Positions 1 through 9,178 of a stretch of 64,000 nucleotides of DNA are shown in pieces (the first letter of the stretch is position 1; each line of letters begins with the position of its first letter). Origin of the DNA: Tubiluchus corallicola (Eukaryota; Animalia; Priapulida); the NCBI GenBank assembly GCA_030141605.1, contig JAQGDQ010002390.1, positions 1 to 64,000 on the forward strand, in the 5' to 3' direction. The translations under genes were made by a program, and so were the position numbers. Under the pieces are notes generated by a model. That model saw only the letters and a list, made by a program, of their open reading frames with translations, made no database searches and was not told the origin of the DNA.

Positions 1-997
1 GAAAAACAACCTGAACACGCGAACCTCCCAACCCATACGCCGCCTCCCGTATCGACGGGGGAACAGACTGAATCGACGCCCGTGAAGCAATAATAATCGT
101 CGGCAAAGTCATCAATGTCAATACAGCAGAACCCACAAGAGGCGTCGAACGAGGAAAATCAAAAAATTGCAGAAAAACCGCCAGCCCCAGCAAACCAAAA
201 ATAATCGACGGAACAGCCGCTAAATTATTGATATTCACCTCTATAAAATAATGCCAGCGACTCTTGGAGGAAAATTCCTCCAAATAAATCGCCGCCGCAA
301 CACCAATAGAAAATGAGCATACCAACGTCAATATCATCATATAAAAAGAACCCTTTAACGCCCCTAATATACCCGCCAACTCCGCTAACTCAGAATCCCC
401 GTTCGTGAAAAAATTCACATTAAAACGGACCTTGACACGCTCTTCCGAAATAAGAGTATCCAGCCAGCCAATCGCTTTATCGGATAAACGACGATGCTCC
501 TGAGGAACATCCCGCGAAATATGGCCCTTCATAAACATGTCAACATCACCACTCGCTAGTAATTCCAGATCAACCCTGCTCCCAATTAAACGCGGATCCC
601 GAATAACCTGTTCAAGAAGCTCATAACGCGCCCCTTCACTCACAAGCCTATAAAGCTGACGGCGCTCCTTGCGATCCGTCACCGATGGAAATTTCTCCGC
701 AATCGCCCCACGAATAATCGACCGATAATTCGCCTGACGCATCTCCTGCAAATTTCGCTCCCCCGACGGATCAATTACCTCTGAATCAAGATAAACCGGC
801 AAAAGAATATAGGTCTGAAAAAACGCCTTGTAACCACTAAAAATAATACTCCCCAATAACGTAAATAAAGCAATAGCCGCAATAGCAATCCCCGCCAAAC
901 CCGCAAAATAAAAACATCGCTCCTGACGATAACGCTTCTTTAAACTCGCACGAACAATATCCGCCGTACGCCTCGAATCCTTCACAGAAGTCCGCAT
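1..997 (-). CDS. pstA: Phosphate ABC transporter permease PstA (3' end runs off the window start)
   Basis: Not in the ORF track; read manually. ATG at 997 gives MRTSVKDSRRTADIVRASLKKRYRQERCF..., and later EVNINNLAAVPSIIFGLLGL (PstA signature). Directly downstream of pstC. Confidence 0.92.
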   Translation of the reverse strand, partial: MRTSVKDSRRTADIVRASLKKRYRQERCFYFAGLAGIAIAAIALFTLLGSIIFSGYKAFFQTYILLPVYLDSEVIDPSGERNLQEMRQANYRSIIRGAIAEKFPSVTDRKERRQLYRLVSEGARYELLEQVIRDPRLIGSRVDLELLASGDVDMFMKGHISRDVPQEHRRLSDKAIGWLDTLISEERVKVRFNVNFFTNGDSELAELAGILGALKGSFYMMILTLVCSFSIGVAAAIYLEEFSSKSRWHYFIEVNINNLAAVPSIIFGLLGLAVFLQFFDFPRSTPLVGSAVLTLMTLPTIIIASRASIQSVPPSIREAAYGLGGSRVQVVF

Positions 998-998
998 A

Positions 999-2423
999 TT
1001 AGTCATATTGTTCCCTATATTTCTTAATAATCGCTAACGCGATAATATTCAAGACAAGCGTCACACAAAATAAAACAAGCCCTAACGCAAAAACAGACAA
1101 GGTCTTCGCACTTTCAAATTCCTGATCCCCGACTAAAATCGTCGCGATCTGAACCGTAACCGTCGTCACTTCCTCTAGCGGATTAAGCGTAAAATTCGCC
1201 CGTGTCCCCGCCGCCATAACAACAATCATCGTCTCGCCTATCGCACGGGAAATCGCCAAAAGAATACTCCCGATAATACCAGGCAAGGCCGCGGGGAAAA
1301 TCACCCGCTTGATCATCTCTGAACGCGTCGAGCCCAAACTTAACGCCCCCTCCCGCAAAGATTGCGGAACCGCCGTAATCACATCATCCGCCAAAGAGGA
1401 AATAAAAGGAATAATCATTATTCCCATAACTAAACCAGCCGCCACAGCGCTCTCAGAAGCGATATTTAAAGAAAATTCCCACCCGAAAACAGACCCGCTG
1501 AAACTTAAATTATGAAAAAACGGCGCTACAACCAGCGCCGCGAAAAATCCATAAACAACCGTGGGAACACCCGCTAAAATCTCCAGCACAGGCTTAGCTA
1601 CATCCCGAAATCGCGGTGACGCATACTCCGCCATATAAACCGCCGACAAAACACCAATCGGAATCGCAACACACATCGCTATAAACGAAATTAAAAATGT
1701 CCCCATAAAAAGAGGCAAAGCCCCAAAAGACCCCTCACTGGCAACCTGACCGGCACGTAGTGCCGTCTGAGGACTCCAATGCGTTCCTAGGAAAAACTCC
1801 TCAAACGATACCAGAGAAAAAAATCGCAGCGTCTCAAAAAAAAGAGACGCGATAATCCCGACCGTCGTTAAAACAGCAATCCCAGAACAAATCCCCAAAC
1901 CTATCGAAACCACCCGCTCGACAAACTGGCGCGCCCGCAAAGAAGGTGAAATACGACGCAACCCCAAAATCACCATTAAACTTCCAACGGAAACCAGTAA
2001 AACAAACAATAAAAACTCACTGAAAGCCCCCAGCCGCTGATAATAAACCGCCGCGTCATCAATATATGAACGGTCAAATTGACCGCTGAGCAAAACAGGC
2101 TCCCCTACCGCCGCGCCAGAAAGGCTCTTCACATCCCTGAAAAAAACCTCAAACTCAAAATCAGACCCCCCGCCAGCACCTTCGAAAAAGGAAACAACCA
2201 ACCCTTTGAAAATAATCGGCTCCAATATCAGCCAGGCAATCAGTAAAAATCCCGTCGAAAGAACAGACCATAACGCCACATAAACACCATGATGAAACGG
2301 ATGAGAAGACCATTTCTCACCCTCCCCAGACGCCACAGCCAAAACACACGCTTTCTTCCGACCAATCCAAAAGCTGAATAAACATAAGACTAAAAGAAGA
2401 GAAATAAGAAACGATCCACTCAT
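999..2423 (-). CDS. pstC: Phosphate ABC transporter permease PstC (long alphaproteobacterial form)
   Basis: Motifs KPVLEILAGVPTVVYGFFA and SRAIGETMIV; lies between pstS and pstA. Confidence 0.95.
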   Translation of the reverse strand: MSGSFLISLLLVLCLFSFWIGRKKACVLAVASGEGEKWSSHPFHHGVYVALWSVLSTGFLLIAWLILEPIIFKGLVVSFFEGAGGGSDFEFEVFFRDVKSLSGAAVGEPVLLSGQFDRSYIDDAAVYYQRLGAFSEFLLFVLLVSVGSLMVILGLRRISPSLRARQFVERVVSIGLGICSGIAVLTTVGIIASLFFETLRFFSLVSFEEFFLGTHWSPQTALRAGQVASEGSFGALPLFMGTFLISFIAMCVAIPIGVLSAVYMAEYASPRFRDVAKPVLEILAGVPTVVYGFFAALVVAPFFHNLSFSGSVFGWEFSLNIASESAVAAGLVMGIMIIPFISSLADDVITAVPQSLREGALSLGSTRSEMIKRVIFPAALPGIIGSILLAISRAIGETMIVVMAAGTRANFTLNPLEEVTTVTVQIATILVGDQEFESAKTLSVFALGLVLFCVTLVLNIIALAIIKKYREQYD

Positions 2424-2474
2424 AAAATCCGCTCTTCGCTATCTATAAATAAAATTGAAAAACCCTTCAAACCC

Positions 2475-3542
2475 CTAACGCGAAAAATTCCTTAAAATAC
2501 TTCGCGTATAATGATCCCGCTCCTCTACAGAAAGAGGAACCAATCCCCGATCAGACAAATATCCCTCATCCCCCCAAGCCTCATCGGCCGTAAAATAATC
2601 AACATACTTCCGAAGAGCCGGGCTGATCCTCGCGTGCGCATCCTTTACATAAAAAAATAACGGACGAGATAAAACATACGATCCATTCGCAATCGCCTCA
2701 AATGTTGGCATCTCACCCTCAATCATCGCCCCTTGAATCCTCCCGACATTCTGATCCAGAGAATTAAAACCAAAAACACCCAACGCATGACGGCTGTTTT
2801 CCAACTTCTGAACAATAATCGCGTCATTTTCCCCAGCCTCTACATACACACCATCTTCCCGAATCGCGTGACAAACCGCCTTCCGCTTCTGTTTGTCAAA
2901 AGAACGGATGAACTCAAACATCTCGCACCCAGGCTCCATCGCCATCTCGGCAAACGCGTCCCGCGTGCCAGATGTCGGCGGAGGACCAAAAATCTTGATC
3001 TCCACATCCGGTAAACGATCATTAACCTCACTCCACCTCTTATACGGATTGAAAATAAGACCATCCCCACGCTCATTAGGAACATGAGAGGCAAAACCCA
3101 GAAAAATATCCCGCCGCGTCAATACAAACCGATCCGAACGAATATTGTTCGCTAAAACTATCCCGTCATACCCGATCTTCACTTCCGTAATATCATGAAC
3201 ACCATTGCGCACGCACAATTCACTCTCCGACGGCTCTATCGCCCGAGAAGCATTCACAACATCAGGATAACGCTTTCCGATTCCATCACAAAATAGCTTA
3301 AATCCACCCCCCGTTCCCGTCGCCTCAATCTTCGGCGAGCGATAATCCGTCGTGCGACCAAAATGCTCCGCAATCGCAATCGCAAACGGATAAACCGTCG
3401 AAGAACCAACAATAAAAATCTGACTCTGAGCAAATACCCTCAAAGGAAACAGAACAACAAGACATAACATTACTATATATACCCAAAAAATTAGCTTACG
3501 CCTGTTTCCTCCAGCTATCATCAGGTTATCGCGTATAACCAC
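2475..3542 (-). CDS. pstS: Phosphate ABC transporter substrate-binding protein PstS
   Basis: IVGSSTVYPF, TGTGGGFKLFC, GPPPTSGTRDAF, SRPLFFYVK; signal-peptide-like N-terminus. Exact start uncertain. Confidence 0.93.
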   Translation of the reverse strand: MVIRDNLMIAGGNRRKLIFWVYIVMLCLVVLFPLRVFAQSQIFIVGSSTVYPFAIAIAEHFGRTTDYRSPKIEATGTGGGFKLFCDGIGKRYPDVVNASRAIEPSESELCVRNGVHDITEVKIGYDGIVLANNIRSDRFVLTRRDIFLGFASHVPNERGDGLIFNPYKRWSEVNDRLPDVEIKIFGPPPTSGTRDAFAEMAMEPGCEMFEFIRSFDKQKRKAVCHAIREDGVYVEAGENDAIIVQKLENSRHALGVFGFNSLDQNVGRIQGAMIEGEMPTFEAIANGSYVLSRPLFFYVKDAHARISPALRKYVDYFTADEAWGDEGYLSDRGLVPLSVEERDHYTRSILRNFSR

Positions 3543-3695
3543 TTTTCTCTCTCTCCATAATGTTAAGTGTTTTTCAAATACACGGGGCTTATATACTATA
3601 TAAAAAATACTTTGTAAAACAAATAAAATAATTTATGGTTATTTTATTAGCTCTAAAAATACAGCCCTTATAAAACACAGGAGTCTCAACGCACT

Positions 3696-4652
3696 ATGGA
3701 ACAATCTCATCATTGCAGATACCCCCTTGTATTTGAGCCTTTAAACACACTCGCTCAGAGAAGCTATCGAAAAAAAGAAAAAACCTTCCTCTATGCGTTT
3801 ATTCTCATCATAACTTTCATGCTCGTCAAAGTCGCAGGCGGCCTCTTTACAAACTCCCTCGCACTCCTCGCGGACGCAGGGCACATGTTTATCGATTCAA
3901 GCTCCCTCTTTATCGCTCTGCTCGCATTCTCCCTCTCCCGAAAAGAAAGAGACACGAAAAGAACATTCGGGTACCAGCGGCTCCAAGTCATCGCCGCACT
4001 CATAAACGGGCTGATGCTCCTCGCCATCGGAAGCACGATTATCCATGCAGCCATCGAGCGATTCTCATCCCCCGAGGAAGTCAAAGGCGACGCCATGCTC
4101 GCTATCGCACTCGCAGGCCTTTTCGTCAATTTCATCGTCCTCTCCCTCATTCACCAATCCTCCCACGGCGATACACACAAAAATCTGAACGTCATGGGCG
4201 CAATGTTCCACGTCATCGCCGATATACTCGGATCCGTCGCTGCCATCATCGCCGCTGTCATTATCGTCCTGACAGGATGGCACTTCGCTGACCCTATTCT
4301 CTCCATCTTTATCGCCATCATGATCCTTCTCTCCGCCTTCTTCCTGCTGAAAGAAGTCCTCCATGTCCTCCTGCAGGGAACACCCCACACGATCAATATA
4401 GAAAAACTCCATAATGAACTGGAAACACTCCACCCCGATATAGACAATATACACCATATACACGCCTGGATGATCACAGCAGAAGAACCCGTGATCTCCC
4501 TGCACGTACACATTAAGCAAGCTTCCTCCATCAATACAGTCCTGAAAATCATAAAATCATACCTGCAAACACACTACGCCGTACACGAATCAACAATCCA
4601 GATCGAAACAGAAAACACCTGCCCCGACATGCCTTCAAATTGCCCCCAATAA
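3696..4652 (+). CDS. Cation diffusion facilitator (ZitB/CzcD-like Zn/Co/Cd exporter), copy 1
   Basis: SLALLADAGHMFID, TFGYQRLQVIAALING, HVIADILGS, HHIHAW, H-x-x-TIQ-x-E C-terminus. Confidence 0.93.
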   Translation: MEQSHHCRYPLVFEPLNTLAQRSYRKKEKTFLYAFILIITFMLVKVAGGLFTNSLALLADAGHMFIDSSSLFIALLAFSLSRKERDTKRTFGYQRLQVIAALINGLMLLAIGSTIIHAAIERFSSPEEVKGDAMLAIALAGLFVNFIVLSLIHQSSHGDTHKNLNVMGAMFHVIADILGSVAAIIAAVIIVLTGWHFADPILSIFIAIMILLSAFFLLKEVLHVLLQGTPHTINIEKLHNELETLHPDIDNIHHIHAWMITAEEPVISLHVHIKQASSINTVLKIIKSYLQTHYAVHESTIQIETENTCPDMPSNCPQ

Positions 4653-4694
4653 ACCCTTGAAACTGAACATAACAGAAAATCAATAAAAAAAATC

Positions 4695-5651
4695 ATGGCA
4701 CCTAACCATAACCACAGTAAAAATCATATCTCAGGGCCATCACACGCCCTCTCTACAGAAGGCTATAAAAAAAAAGAAAAAATCTTCCTCTGGTCCTTCA
4801 TCCTTATCACAACATTCATGTGCATCGAGGCAGCAGGCGGATTCTTCACAAACTCCCTCGCACTCCTCGCGGACGCAGGCCATATGCTCACAGACGCAAG
4901 CGCACTCCTTATCGCTCTCCTCGCTTTCGCCTACTCCAAAAAAGAACGCAGCCAACATAAAACTTTCGGATACCAGCGGCTCCAGGTCATCGCCGCACTC
5001 ATAAACGGGCTGATGCTCCTCGCCATCGGAAGCGCCATCATCCTCACCGCCATAAAACGATTCTTCAACCCCGTGGAAATCAAAGGCGGAATCATGCTCG
5101 CCATCGCACTCGCAGGCCTTTTCGTCAACCTAATCGTCCTGCTCCTTATACACAAATCATCCCACAACGATACACACAAAAATCTGAACGTCATGGGCGC
5201 AATGTTCCACGTCATCGCCGATATACTCGGATCCGTCGCAGCCATCGCAGCCGGAACCATCATCGTCCTTACAGGATGGCACCTCGCCGACCCAATCCTT
5301 TCCATCATCGTCGCAACCATGGTACTCTTCTCCGCCTACTACCTGCTGAGAGAAGTCTTCCATGTCCTCCTGCAGGGAACACCTCCCCATATCAACATAA
5401 AAACACTTCACGACGAACTGGAAGCACTCCATCCAGATATCAAAGATATCCACCATATACACGCCTGGATGATCACAGCAGAAGAGCCTGTCATTTCCTT
5501 CCACGTCTGCATAGAACCAACAGCCTCACCCGATCAGCTGCTTCCCATTATTAAATCATATCTGAAAAAACAGTATAATATTCACGAATCAACAATACAA
5601 ACTGAAACAACCAGCTCATGTCCCGATGACCCTTCAGAATGCCCACTATAA
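4695..5651 (+). CDS. Cation diffusion facilitator (ZitB/CzcD-like), copy 2, tandem paralog
   Basis: Same motifs (ADAGHMLTD, HVIADILGS) and same length (318 aa); offset 999 bp from copy 1; His-rich N-terminus. Confidence 0.93.
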   Translation: MAPNHNHSKNHISGPSHALSTEGYKKKEKIFLWSFILITTFMCIEAAGGFFTNSLALLADAGHMLTDASALLIALLAFAYSKKERSQHKTFGYQRLQVIAALINGLMLLAIGSAIILTAIKRFFNPVEIKGGIMLAIALAGLFVNLIVLLLIHKSSHNDTHKNLNVMGAMFHVIADILGSVAAIAAGTIIVLTGWHLADPILSIIVATMVLFSAYYLLREVFHVLLQGTPPHINIKTLHDELEALHPDIKDIHHIHAWMITAEEPVISFHVCIEPTASPDQLLPIIKSYLKKQYNIHESTIQTETTSSCPDDPSECPL

Positions 5652-5699
5652 AAAAACACTCCTCCCGCCTGAAAGAAAATGACCACCCGCCCTCTCCAG

Positions 5700-5731
5700 A
5701 AAAAAGCCGCATCTGCCCTGCCCGCAGAGCG
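5700..5731 (-). terminator. Possible intrinsic terminator for the MFP-RND transcript
   Basis: Minus strand CGC-TCTGC-GGGCAGG-GCAGA-T-GCG-GC-TTTTTT: imperfect GC stem plus U-tract, between convergent genes. Confidence 0.35.
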
Positions 5732-6026
5732 TTTGCGCTCGCTAAACCATCGCATAACATTCCCACGCACCATTAAACTGCACGGCATCACAACTAACGT
5801 TAAAAATGTCGCAAATAAAAGACCGGAAATAATCACAAGCGCTAACTTTTGACCACCACTAAGCAGAAGGACTGTCATATTGAATCGAACGATTCAATAT
5901 ATCTATATTCAACTTCAAAGCCATAGGCATAAGACCTAACGCCGTCGCAACCGTCGTCAATAAAACAGGACGAAGACGCTGAACATCAGTACGGATAATC
6001 GTCTCCCGAGCTGAAAATTTCTGCCG
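5730..6026 (-). pseudogene. Degenerate duplicate of the last ~98 codons of the RND permease gene
   Basis: Aligns by eye to 6063..6358 with about 11 differences, including CAG->TAG and a 1-nt insertion. Explains ORFs 5859..6056 and 5582..5878. Confidence 0.92.
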
Positions 6027-6232
6027 AAAAGACGCCATATTAAATCTTCGATTCAATTAGAACGTTTGCGCTCGCTAAACCATCGCATAACATTCGCACG
6101 CACCATTAAACTGCACGGCGTCACAACTAACGTTAAAAATGCCGCAAATAAAAGACCGGAAATAATCACAAGCGCTAACTGCGACCACCACTGAGAAGAA
6201 GGACTGTCATATTGAATCGAACGATTCAATAT
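5877..6232. repeat. Three copies of a 24-bp palindrome ATATTGAATCG-NN-CGATTCAATAT
   Basis: Perfect copies at 5877..5900 and 6209..6232; degenerate, inverted copy ATATTAAATC-TT-CGATTCAAT at 6037..6057. Confidence 0.8.
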
Positions 6233-9178
6233 ATCTATATTCAACTTCAAAGCCATAGGCATAAGACCTAACGCCGTCGTAACCGTCGTCAATAAAACAG
6301 GACGAAGACGCTGAGCACCAGTACGGATAATCGTCTCCCGAGCTGAAAATTTCTGCCGCCTTAAATGCATAAACGTATCAATAAACACAATATTGTTATT
6401 CACAACAATCCCCGCAAGAGCAATAATCCCAATCCCCGTCATCACAATACTAACAGGCGTGCCAACAACAATAAGACCAAGCAACGCACCACTGAACGAT
6501 AAAATAACAGCCGACAAAATCAACCCTGCAAAATAAAAATTGTTAAACTGCGTAATTAAAATCATCGCAATCATCGATACAGCAATAAAAAACGCATTCT
6601 GCAAAAACTCGTTACTTTCCTCCGTCTCCTCAGCCTCACCACGGAACCGGAAATTAACAGCCGGATCAATAGACGCATGCGTGTTCATCCATTCTTCAAT
6701 TTCCTCCACCTTATCCTGAGGAACAACATGATTATACACATCCGCACGAACCCAAACCGTCTGATACCCGTCAAGGAAAACAAGATTCCCAACCTTAAAA
6801 ACAGGCTCATACGCCACAAACTCCGAAATCGGTATAAGACCCTCATGAGTCGGAATGCGAATCATCTCCAGATAATCCAACGTCCGCTGTGACGCCGGAT
6901 AACGAACCAAAATATTCACCTCCTCATCCGAATTAATAGGACGCCACTTCCCAACCTCAAACCCATTCGTTATCAACCGTAACACTTCACCGATCGCACG
7001 CGTGCTCAGCCCTAAACGCGTCGCTTCCTCCTGATCAATGACAATCTGCCAATCAATACCCGGAATGGAATTCGTCGTCTCTATACTATGCAAATCACTC
7101 ATGCTCGATAAATAATCCGCAATATAATTCGCCGTCTCCTCAAGAAGAAGAACATCAGAGGAAAAAAGCTGTATCTGTATCGGCTTGCCAATAGGAGGCC
7201 CCTCCTCAGGGGTAATGAACTCAAACTTCACTCCACCCATCCCCTCAAGGCTTTTTTCTATATCAACCATTATATCAGCAACCTTACGACGCTTGTTCCA
7301 ATCGACAAAATTAAACATTACAGACCCTATAACATCAGAGTTTTGATCCGGAAACTGCATCACAGAATAATAAATTTCCACCTCATCCGTCTTGGGCAAA
7401 CGATCCTCAACCTGACGTATAATATCACTGATTTCATCAATCGAAAAATTCCCCTGTGCCCGAACATCCATACGCATATATTCCGGCTCAACATCCGGAA
7501 AAAAAACAATACCCGGTCCATAATTACTAAATAAAACAAAAGTCGATACTAAAATAATAATCGCCATAAACACAAGCCGAAGCGGACGCCTTAAAGCAAA
7601 AATCAAAAAACGAATATAAATACCCACAATCCCTTTTGCCTTCAAAATAGCCGACATAGGCGTCTGAACCGTCATAGAACGATCCGAAATCGCTATGCTC
7701 TTCCCCCCCACCAAACTGCCTATCGTAGGAATAAAAATTAACGCCACAAATAAAGAAGACCCCAAAACCGCCAACAACGTAATCGGCAAATAAGACATAA
7801 ATTCACCAACTGTATCCGGCCAAAATAACAAAGGGAAAAAAGCCGCCAAAGTCGTTATCGTCGAAACAAAAATAGGCTGCCCCATCCGAATCGCCGCCAT
7901 CCTCCAGGCTTCTTCCTGACCCTTCCCCTCATGAATCTGACGATCCGCATACTCCGTAACAACAATCGCTCCATCAACAAGCAAACCAACAGACAAAATT
8001 AAAGAAAATAAAACAACCATGTTCAACGTCATGCCCGCAAAGGAAATCAACATAATGCCAGACAATAAAGACAACGGAATCGCTAAACCAACCAATAACG
8101 CATTCCTCAAACCAAGAGCCGCAACAATGATAATCATAATCAAAGCAATCGCCGTCGCAATCCCATTGTTAAGATCCGTCAACATATCCTCAACATACTT
8201 ACCTTGATCGTTAAACCAATATAAATTAATACTCTCCTGAAGAGTCGATGGCCACTCTTCATACTTCTCATCCACAAGCGCCCGGACAAGCTCTATCACC
8301 TCTAAAATATTCTCCCCAGAACGCTTGGAAATCTCTAAAACAAAAGCCGATTCACCATTAATACGCGCCAGGGATTTCTGATCCTTGAAATTCTGCCGAA
8401 CCTCCGCAATATCCTGCAAACGTAAAATCGTATCACCATCAACAAGAACCGGTAAATTCAAAACATCCGCTATATTCTCAAAAAGACCAGAAGCCTTAAA
8501 AGATAAACGACCCGTCCCCGTATCCTGATTCCCCGCCGCTATCAACGTATTGTTACTGGCAATCAATGCCGTAATATCCGCTATCTGAAGAGAATGAGCC
8601 TCCACTTTCAACGGATCAATTAAAATTTCCGTCTGCTCTTCCCGATCCCCACGAAGAAAAACCTCCAAAACACCAGGAAGAGACTCTATATCATCCCGTA
8701 AACTACGCGCCAAAAGCAAAAGCGCCCGCTCGGGAATCGTCCCATAAAGCGCCAGAGAAATAATCGGAAACTCACTGAAATTAATCTCCATTATCTCAGG
8801 CTCGTCAGCACCATCGGGCAAAGACGGCTTCACATCATCAATCTTACGATAAACATCCGTCAACGCCTGAGCAATATCAATATGATTTTCAAACTCAAGC
8901 TTAATCCACGCCCCACCCTCATACGCCGTAGCCTCAACCTCCTTGAGACCATCTAAATCCTGAATCTCCTGCTCCACAGGATTGATCAGCATCCGAGCAG
9001 AATCCTGCGGAGAAATACCCTCATAAGGAATTGTAATGAAAATAAGAGGAATGTTAATATCAGGCGAAGACTCCCGAGGCGTATTATTCCAAGAAACCAC
9101 ACCCTGAATAATAATAAAGAAAAATAAAAGAAGAACCGTCCGCTTATAAGAAAACGCAAAATTGATAATCCCGTGCAT
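6053..9178 (-). CDS. RND family efflux transporter permease (AcrB/AcrD/AcrF family)
   Basis: 1041 aa; GLLVDGAIVVTE, GIVVNNNIVFID, RLRPVLLTTVTT; two sets of TM blocks; adjacent MFP gene. Confidence 0.95.
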   Translation of the reverse strand: MHGIINFAFSYKRTVLLLFFFIIIQGVVSWNNTPRESSPDINIPLIFITIPYEGISPQDSARMLINPVEQEIQDLDGLKEVEATAYEGGAWIKLEFENHIDIAQALTDVYRKIDDVKPSLPDGADEPEIMEINFSEFPIISLALYGTIPERALLLLARSLRDDIESLPGVLEVFLRGDREEQTEILIDPLKVEAHSLQIADITALIASNNTLIAAGNQDTGTGRLSFKASGLFENIADVLNLPVLVDGDTILRLQDIAEVRQNFKDQKSLARINGESAFVLEISKRSGENILEVIELVRALVDEKYEEWPSTLQESINLYWFNDQGKYVEDMLTDLNNGIATAIALIMIIIVAALGLRNALLVGLAIPLSLLSGIMLISFAGMTLNMVVLFSLILSVGLLVDGAIVVTEYADRQIHEGKGQEEAWRMAAIRMGQPIFVSTITTLAAFFPLLFWPDTVGEFMSYLPITLLAVLGSSLFVALIFIPTIGSLVGGKSIAISDRSMTVQTPMSAILKAKGIVGIYIRFLIFALRRPLRLVFMAIIILVSTFVLFSNYGPGIVFFPDVEPEYMRMDVRAQGNFSIDEISDIIRQVEDRLPKTDEVEIYYSVMQFPDQNSDVIGSVMFNFVDWNKRRKVADIMVDIEKSLEGMGGVKFEFITPEEGPPIGKPIQIQLFSSDVLLLEETANYIADYLSSMSDLHSIETTNSIPGIDWQIVIDQEEATRLGLSTRAIGEVLRLITNGFEVGKWRPINSDEEVNILVRYPASQRTLDYLEMIRIPTHEGLIPISEFVAYEPVFKVGNLVFLDGYQTVWVRADVYNHVVPQDKVEEIEEWMNTHASIDPAVNFRFRGEAEETEESNEFLQNAFFIAVSMIAMILITQFNNFYFAGLILSAVILSFSGALLGLIVVGTPVSIVMTGIGIIALAGIVVNNNIVFIDTFMHLRRQKFSARETIIRTGAQRLRPVLLTTVTTALGLMPMALKLNIDILNRSIQYDSPSSQWWSQLALVIISGLLFAAFLTLVVTPCSLMVRANVMRWFSERKRSN

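Noticed and set aside
3543-3695. PHO box upstream of pstS
   Set aside because: No convincing CTGTCAT-like 11-bp-periodic repeat could be seen.
5582-6056. ORFs 5582..5878 and 5859..6056 as real small membrane proteins
   Set aside because: They are the two broken frames of the decayed RND duplicate.
5730-6358. Near-identical repeat at a gene 3' end resembling a DGR template/variable repeat pair
   Set aside because: Differences are not adenine-specific on either strand and include an indel; no reverse transcriptase in the window; the target is an RND TM segment.
3696-6358. Duplication offsets of 999 bp and 333 bp (3:1)
   Set aside because: The two repeat units are unrelated in sequence and differ in age; treated as coincidence.
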